Source of the DNA: a virus | Lineage: Duplodnaviria > Caudoviricetes | Reading direction: 5' to 3' (one strand) | IMG/VR virus record: IMGVR_UViG_3300048850_000024 | Coordinates: 1 to 38,864 of that record | Length of the DNA: 38,864 bases | Shown: in pieces, positions 34,654 to 38,864 of the stretch | Layout: each line of letters starts with the position of its first letter | Position numbering within the stretch: position 1 is the stretch's first letter | The notes under the pieces: model-generated | Database searches by the model: none | What the model was told of the DNA's origin: nothing | Seen by the model: only the letters and a program-made list of their open reading frames with translations | Made by a program: the position numbers and the translations under genes

Positions 34654-35033
34654 GCGCGCTTCTCGGAATGCTTGGCTCCATCTGGCCCGCCGTGGTCGGC
34701 GCAATTGGCGTCCTGGCGGGACTGGTCTTCGGGTACATCAACAAGAAGGCGGCTGATGCTCGGGTGGCGCAGGCCGGCCAGAAGGTCGCAGAAGCGAACG
34801 CCGCCACCGAACAAGCGAAGGCCCAAACCGCCACGGTGCGCGACGCCGAGGCGCAAGCGAACGCCGCTGCCGCTCAGGCCGGCGCGCAGTCCATCAAGGA
34901 GCGTGCAAATGTGGAAAATGACGTGGCTTCTCTGCCTGCTGGGTCCGCTGCTGTCCAGTTGCGCAACGAATGGTCAACCGGAGCCGGCAGAGCCGATCCA
35001 GCCCGAAGTACAGGTGAAAACTCGGATCGTTGA
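34650..35033 (+). CDS. Inner-membrane spanin (Rz-like)
   Basis: N-terminal TM helix plus Ala-rich coiled coil after the endolysin. Confidence 0.8.
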   Translation: MSALLGMLGSIWPAVVGAIGVLAGLVFGYINKKAADARVAQAGQKVAEANAATEQAKAQTATVRDAEAQANAAAAQAGAQSIKERANVENDVASLPAGSAAVQLRNEWSTGAGRADPARSTGENSDR

Positions 35034-35163
35034 TACGGCTTGCGACTGGACCAAGCCAATCTATGTCGATAACTCGGACGTGCTGACCGATGGAACGGCC
35101 CGGCAGATCCTGGCACACAATCTAGCCGGGGCCAAAGCATGCGGTTGGAAGCCGAGGAAGTGA
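34909..35163 (+). CDS. Outer-membrane lipoprotein spanin (Rz1-like)
   Basis: Lipobox LSSC, overlaps the i-spanin in another frame. Confidence 0.82.
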   Translation: MWKMTWLLCLLGPLLSSCATNGQPEPAEPIQPEVQVKTRIVDTACDWTKPIYVDNSDVLTDGTARQILAHNLAGAKACGWKPRK

Positions 35164-35259
35164 TTCTTGCGGCAAGACCGAGCGTGGCTCCGGCTTCCGC
35201 GCTCGAACTGTCTAGTATGGTAGAACATCGGCTGAAATGTCTACTTTATTAGACACTTC

Positions 35260-36648
35260 TTATCGGTAGCGTCGGCCTCCATAGGCTCGCAACTTCTCTA
35301 TGTTGACAGTCAAGAATTGGCGGTGTGCTTCAGAGCCATCCCCGAAATAGAGTGCGTCGAGGTTCTCGTCCACTATCTCCCGGGCTGGTTTCGTGGACGC
35401 AATAGCGTCTTGTACGGCGCGGAAGCGGGCCGCTTGTTCGCGGGCCATTTGCATCCGGAAGTCAAAATTTGCCAGCGCTCCGACCCCGAAGAACACGAGC
35501 GTCGCTCCGGCGACAAAGCCGCGCGCCTCAACTGTGAGCGCAACCGATAGCGCCATCCAACACAAGACCGGGAGCGCAGTGACTAGTATCCCGTAATGCC
35601 CGTCGTGGCTATGCGTCCAGGGAACTGAAGTGGGTGCCCGGCCTGCGCCAACTGCCAGCACCAAGACGCCCATAGCCAAGAAGGCGCCTCCCAATATTGC
35701 TCCGTTGAACGTGGCGTACTGACGGCCTCGCACGTAAGCCACGATTGCGCTCACGTATAGGGCGGCGAGAGCCACAGTTTTGAGCGCTCGGTCCGGGGTG
35801 GCCCACTGCATGAGGTTGGCAGAAACCATGTGGTAGACCCATAGCAATGCGGCATGCGCAGTCATCGGCGCGACACCAGAAGCCGAGGATGGACGCCAAA
35901 GAGCGACTTGCAAGACGACTGATGTCACCGCCGCGACTGTACCGATAAGCGCGGCACGGTGCATCTTCAGACGCCGGGAGCGCATATACACCATGACTGA
36001 CAGGACACAAGGCGCGGCAAGCACCGCTCCATTCATGCCACACCAAGCGCAGAAGGCGAGCATCCAGAGCGCCGCTGTCAGGTATCCCGGTCGGCCGCCC
36101 TTGCCGTATGACGTTCCAAAAAAGAGGAACAGGCCTAGGAACAACAGCCCGGATAGGAATTGGAAGTTAAACGCCAGGTAGGTATACGATGCGCCAAAGG
36201 CAACGAGCGTGGCCGGCGCTAGCAGATCGCCGAGGTGTGAATACCCTCGGTAGTTCCGAGCGGCCAGGACGAACGCCGCAGACGTGAGACCCGCCGTGGC
36301 GAAGTTCAGCGCGATCAGGTAGCGGAAGTCGTATCCGTCAACCCACAGGACGACGGCATGCAGTAGCTTTTGGATTGGGATTCGGTGGTCATTGTGCAGA
36401 GCGAACAGGTATTTCACGAAGCCCCAACTCGGGCCTTGCACCACCCCGTCGATATAGAACCAATCATCGACAAACGGGAAAATCCGGCTTTGAACCGCCA
36501 CGTAGAAGACGCCGGGTATAACAACCACTGCTGATGCCAAAAGGCAAAGGTATGTGATCCAAGTAGAGGGTGCTCGCTGCGGCGTCACTTCGCTTTCCTT
36601 GACGTGGTCAATGGGCGCAGAGTGTAACGCTTGTGACGTGCTTGTCAC
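35260..36648 (-). CDS. Polytopic membrane protein, GT-C glycosyltransferase-like
   Basis: Roughly 11-12 hydrophobic segments, PFVDDW and HNDHR in the first loop. Alternative GTG start 36588 with AAGGA RBS. Confidence 0.75.
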   Translation of the reverse strand: MTSTSQALHSAPIDHVKESEVTPQRAPSTWITYLCLLASAVVVIPGVFYVAVQSRIFPFVDDWFYIDGVVQGPSWGFVKYLFALHNDHRIPIQKLLHAVVLWVDGYDFRYLIALNFATAGLTSAAFVLAARNYRGYSHLGDLLAPATLVAFGASYTYLAFNFQFLSGLLFLGLFLFFGTSYGKGGRPGYLTAALWMLAFCAWCGMNGAVLAAPCVLSVMVYMRSRRLKMHRAALIGTVAAVTSVVLQVALWRPSSASGVAPMTAHAALLWVYHMVSANLMQWATPDRALKTVALAALYVSAIVAYVRGRQYATFNGAILGGAFLAMGVLVLAVGAGRAPTSVPWTHSHDGHYGILVTALPVLCWMALSVALTVEARGFVAGATLVFFGVGALANFDFRMQMAREQAARFRAVQDAIASTKPAREIVDENLDALYFGDGSEAHRQFLTVNIEKLRAYGGRRYR

Positions 36649-36654
36649 GTGTCA

Positions 36655-36960
36655 CTACGACCAGGTAATCCACCAGCCCTGGTAGAACCGCCGACCGTCG
36701 ATTTCTTCGTACCCCCGGACCATCATGCCTCGGTCGGAGACGAACGTCAGAAGCTGGGGTTCCAGCAGGTCTGGGATGCGCGGCGGGCGCGACGCCCCGA
36801 ATTGCTCGAAGGACGCCACGGTCAATATTGGCACTGCACGCTTCAAGCTTTCGTGGTGGACGGTCTGCATGCGTACCGTACCTTTGATGGGTATGTCGTA
36901 GTCCTTGGCCTGCAAGGGCTCGCCCATCCGGTGCGTTCGGACAATGTTGCACGTGAGCAT
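36655..36960 (-). CDS. Hypothetical protein, probably LexA-regulated
   Basis: SOS box about 20 nt upstream, PDLLEPQL...GYEE...YQGW. Confidence 0.75.
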   Translation of the reverse strand: MLTCNIVRTHRMGEPLQAKDYDIPIKGTVRMQTVHHESLKRAVPILTVASFEQFGASRPPRIPDLLEPQLLTFVSDRGMMVRGYEEIDGRRFYQGWWITWS

Positions 36961-36977
36961 GGTAGAGCATGTTTGAA

Positions 36978-36997
36978 TACTGTATGGATAAACAGTA
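36978..36997. promoter_or_regulatory. LexA (SOS) box
   Basis: TACTGTATGGATAAACAGTA fits CTGT-N8-ACAG. Confidence 0.88.
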
Positions 36998-37004
36998 TAT
37001 CGCT

Positions 37005-37226
37005 CTATCCAAGTCCGAATGCAGCCCTGATTTCGTCGCCTGCGGAACCGTCCTCATCCGTATACCGGTCCCCCAGGGCGGCGCAGTGGCCGACGATTGT
37101 CCTGGTGTACTCCAGCAACTCCGGTGTCATCTCGCCGTGCGGGGGTAGGACGCCTGCAGCAATGGCGATGGTGTGCAGGTCATCCTCGCACAGCGCGCAA
37201 GATTCGACTTCTAGGTCCATGGTCAT
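37005..37226 (-). CDS. Hypothetical protein
   Basis: ATGA coupling to SRAP, GAGGA RBS. Confidence 0.65.
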   Translation of the reverse strand: MTMDLEVESCALCEDDLHTIAIAAGVLPPHGEMTPELLEYTRTIVGHCAALGDRYTDEDGSAGDEIRAAFGLG

Positions 37227-37909
37227 TCCTCGTCTGTAGCCACTGCCGTCTTGACGACCGGCTCCGCCACCAACTGCTCGGCAGGGTAGGGATTCAGGAA
37301 GTCCATGGTATCCGCGGCGCTTGCCGTGAGCCAGTCGCCATACGCACCATCCGGCAGGATCACGACCATGCGCTTTTCGTCGCCGGGCCGGTGGTAGTCC
37401 TTGAACAGCGGGTGGTGGTCGGCGTTGATCGTCAGCATCGTGTAGCTTTCGATCCATTCGCCAGTGGGCGCGCGCCACTTGTCCCACAGGCCGGCGATGC
37501 CCAGTGGAGCACCATCGGCCCGGGTGAACCGGGTCGCCACGGCCTTTCCGGATCGCCAGTCCGGCTCAAAGACCGCATCGGCTGGGATGATGCAGTGCTG
37601 CCCCTTGCGCCACGCATTGCCGAACGTGAACGACTTGGCGGCGCTCTCGGATCGGGCGTTGAACGTGGACAGCTTCTGCGCCTTCTCCGCGTTGTCGGGC
37701 CGGGTCATGGCCGATATCAGGCCCCAGCGCCCGACGACCGCCTCCCGCTCCGGTACCGCCTCGTCGCCCGACTCCCACTCAGCCGGCCGGCGCACGAACA
37801 CGCCGGGGTAGCGGGGCCACATGTCGGACTTGGGAATCGGGATGCCGCGAGCGCGGAAGTAGCGCTCCATCTGCTCGGCTTTCTTCAGGGCGGTGTAGTG
37901 GGAGCACAT
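37223..37909 (-). CDS. SOS response-associated peptidase (SRAP/YedK/HMCES family)
   Basis: N-terminal MC, RWGL, FNARSE, AGLW, H...KRMVVIL. Confidence 0.93.
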   Translation of the reverse strand: MCSHYTALKKAEQMERYFRARGIPIPKSDMWPRYPGVFVRRPAEWESGDEAVPEREAVVGRWGLISAMTRPDNAEKAQKLSTFNARSESAAKSFTFGNAWRKGQHCIIPADAVFEPDWRSGKAVATRFTRADGAPLGIAGLWDKWRAPTGEWIESYTMLTINADHHPLFKDYHRPGDEKRMVVILPDGAYGDWLTASAADTMDFLNPYPAEQLVAEPVVKTAVATDEE

Positions 37910-37930
37910 ATCGACGCCTCAGCTCGCCTA

Positions 37931-38485
37931 TTACTGATAGATTCCGAATTTAGATGGCAACTCGTCTATTACGCGCTTGATGTCCTTTGATTGCACATAC
38001 AAGTCTTCATACGCGTGCGAGGCATCATTGTCTATGATTAGGATGGTCGCCCCCTCAATGGTTCGCGCGCCGGCCAATTTTTCGGGCGATATCGCACGCA
38101 ACCGCCGTGCAGGGGGCCTACGCCCCCAGATTTGAATTCCGTCCACAATGAAAAAATCGGCGATGTAATTCAGCGTTCCATCTGGAGTCTTGTCTAAGCG
38201 CATGCGCTCCGCTGCAGTGGCTAACAGTGAAGGCCCCTCCAAAGCCTCGTCATAGACGAGAATCGCCGCAGTCCTTAGTGAAATCCGCTTGGTGAGGCTG
38301 AGGACCAATAAGCCCTCAAGACGGCTTCTTGCGCCTTGCGGTAACTGAAGCCATTGCCACCCGGCAAATACCAGTAAACACAACATGGCGGCGTACCACA
38401 GCCAACTCACCGACGTGTCCCAGGCCTTGCCGATAATTCCCGACACGATGGCCAAGGCTAGAGGATTCTTCGCCCACTGTTCCAC
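37931..38485 (-). CDS. Membrane-anchored hypothetical protein (moron)
   Basis: 184 aa, N-terminal hydrophobic helices, visibly more AT-rich than core genes. Confidence 0.65.
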   Translation of the reverse strand: MEQWAKNPLALAIVSGIIGKAWDTSVSWLWYAAMLCLLVFAGWQWLQLPQGARSRLEGLLVLSLTKRISLRTAAILVYDEALEGPSLLATAAERMRLDKTPDGTLNYIADFFIVDGIQIWGRRPPARRLRAISPEKLAGARTIEGATILIIDNDASHAYEDLYVQSKDIKRVIDELPSKFGIYQ

Positions 38486-38538
38486 AGGCTGTCGAAGTTC
38501 TTGTTTTGGGAAGTGGAGTATAGAGCGGGTGCGCCGGT

Positions 38539-38565
38539 AAGAAAAAGAACCGCCCTACTGGGCGG
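38539..38565 (-). terminator. Rho-independent terminator
   Basis: CCGCCC-AGTA-GGGCGG plus TTCTTTTT on minus. Confidence 0.7.
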
Positions 38566-38737
38566 CAAAGGCTCGTGTGCGGGGTCCGGTACCAGGCCGA
38601 ACCCACCACCAATTCTGTAGTGGAAGAGCAGGCTCTGGAAGCCGGGTTATCCACAGGGATGGCGGGGCAATGTCAAGAAAACCCCACACAGCGCCCAAAT
38701 GCAAAACGGCCTCCATTGCTGGAAGCCGCGTATTTAC

Positions 38738-38811
38738 TGGAGGCGCAAGCCGGAATCGAACCGACGTACACGGATTTGCAATCCGCTGCATAACCACTCT
38801 GCCATTGCGCC
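38738..38811 (-). tRNA. tRNA-Cys (GCA)
   Basis: 74-nt cloverleaf GGCGCAA...TTGCGCC-T-CCA, anticodon arm GCGGA-TTGCAAA-TCCGT, TTCGATT loop. TAGAAT -10 upstream at 38847-38852. Confidence 0.97.
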
Positions 38812-38864
38812 GACAGTTGCCCGGTAGGCACCGAGGCAAGCCCGGCATTCTACATCAAGCGGCG

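Larger units (their letters stand above)
1..38740. mobile_element. Temperate prophage (lambdoid-type regulation, podovirus-type morphogenesis), left end outside window, right end at tRNA-Cys
   Basis: Continuous phage gene order from early genes through cI/cro, replication, terminase, portal, capsid and lysis, ending at a tRNA 3' end. Confidence 0.95.

Noticed and set aside
36632-36654. CRP site TGTGA...TCAC
   Set aside because: Spacer is 8 nt rather than 6
38647-38655. DnaA box TTATCCACA as an origin
   Set aside because: Single copy with no cluster or unwinding element
1-38864. CRISPR array, integrase or transposase
   Set aside because: No regularly spaced repeats and no recombinase or transposase motifs seen by eye

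Overview
Almost the whole window is a temperate prophage with a lambdoid-type early region and a podovirus-type virion module. The host is probably a GC-rich betaproteobacterium; the SSB looks Alcaligenaceae-like, which is an inference. Left to right it holds: a leftward early operon (small ORFs, two HNH endonucleases, SSB, exonuclease, a P22 gp17-like protein, a C4-like RNA), pL/OL, accessory genes beside the repressor (Arc-like regulator and a two-gene membrane operon), cI/cro/cII-like, ninB, replication initiator and helicase, a Q-like gene, a zincin-domain gene, terminases, portal, scaffold, capsid, tail and ejection proteins, a lysis cassette, morons (GT-C glycosyltransferase, LexA-boxed gene, SRAP, membrane protein), and a tRNA-Cys that is the likely integration site. 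No integrase is in the window, so it presumably lies beyond the left edge. The best candidates for undescribed biology are the 59-aa plus 254-aa membrane operon next to cI and the terminator-flanked, ejection-protein-like metallopeptidase gene that heads the late operon. All family calls come from motif recognition by eye; no searches were run.
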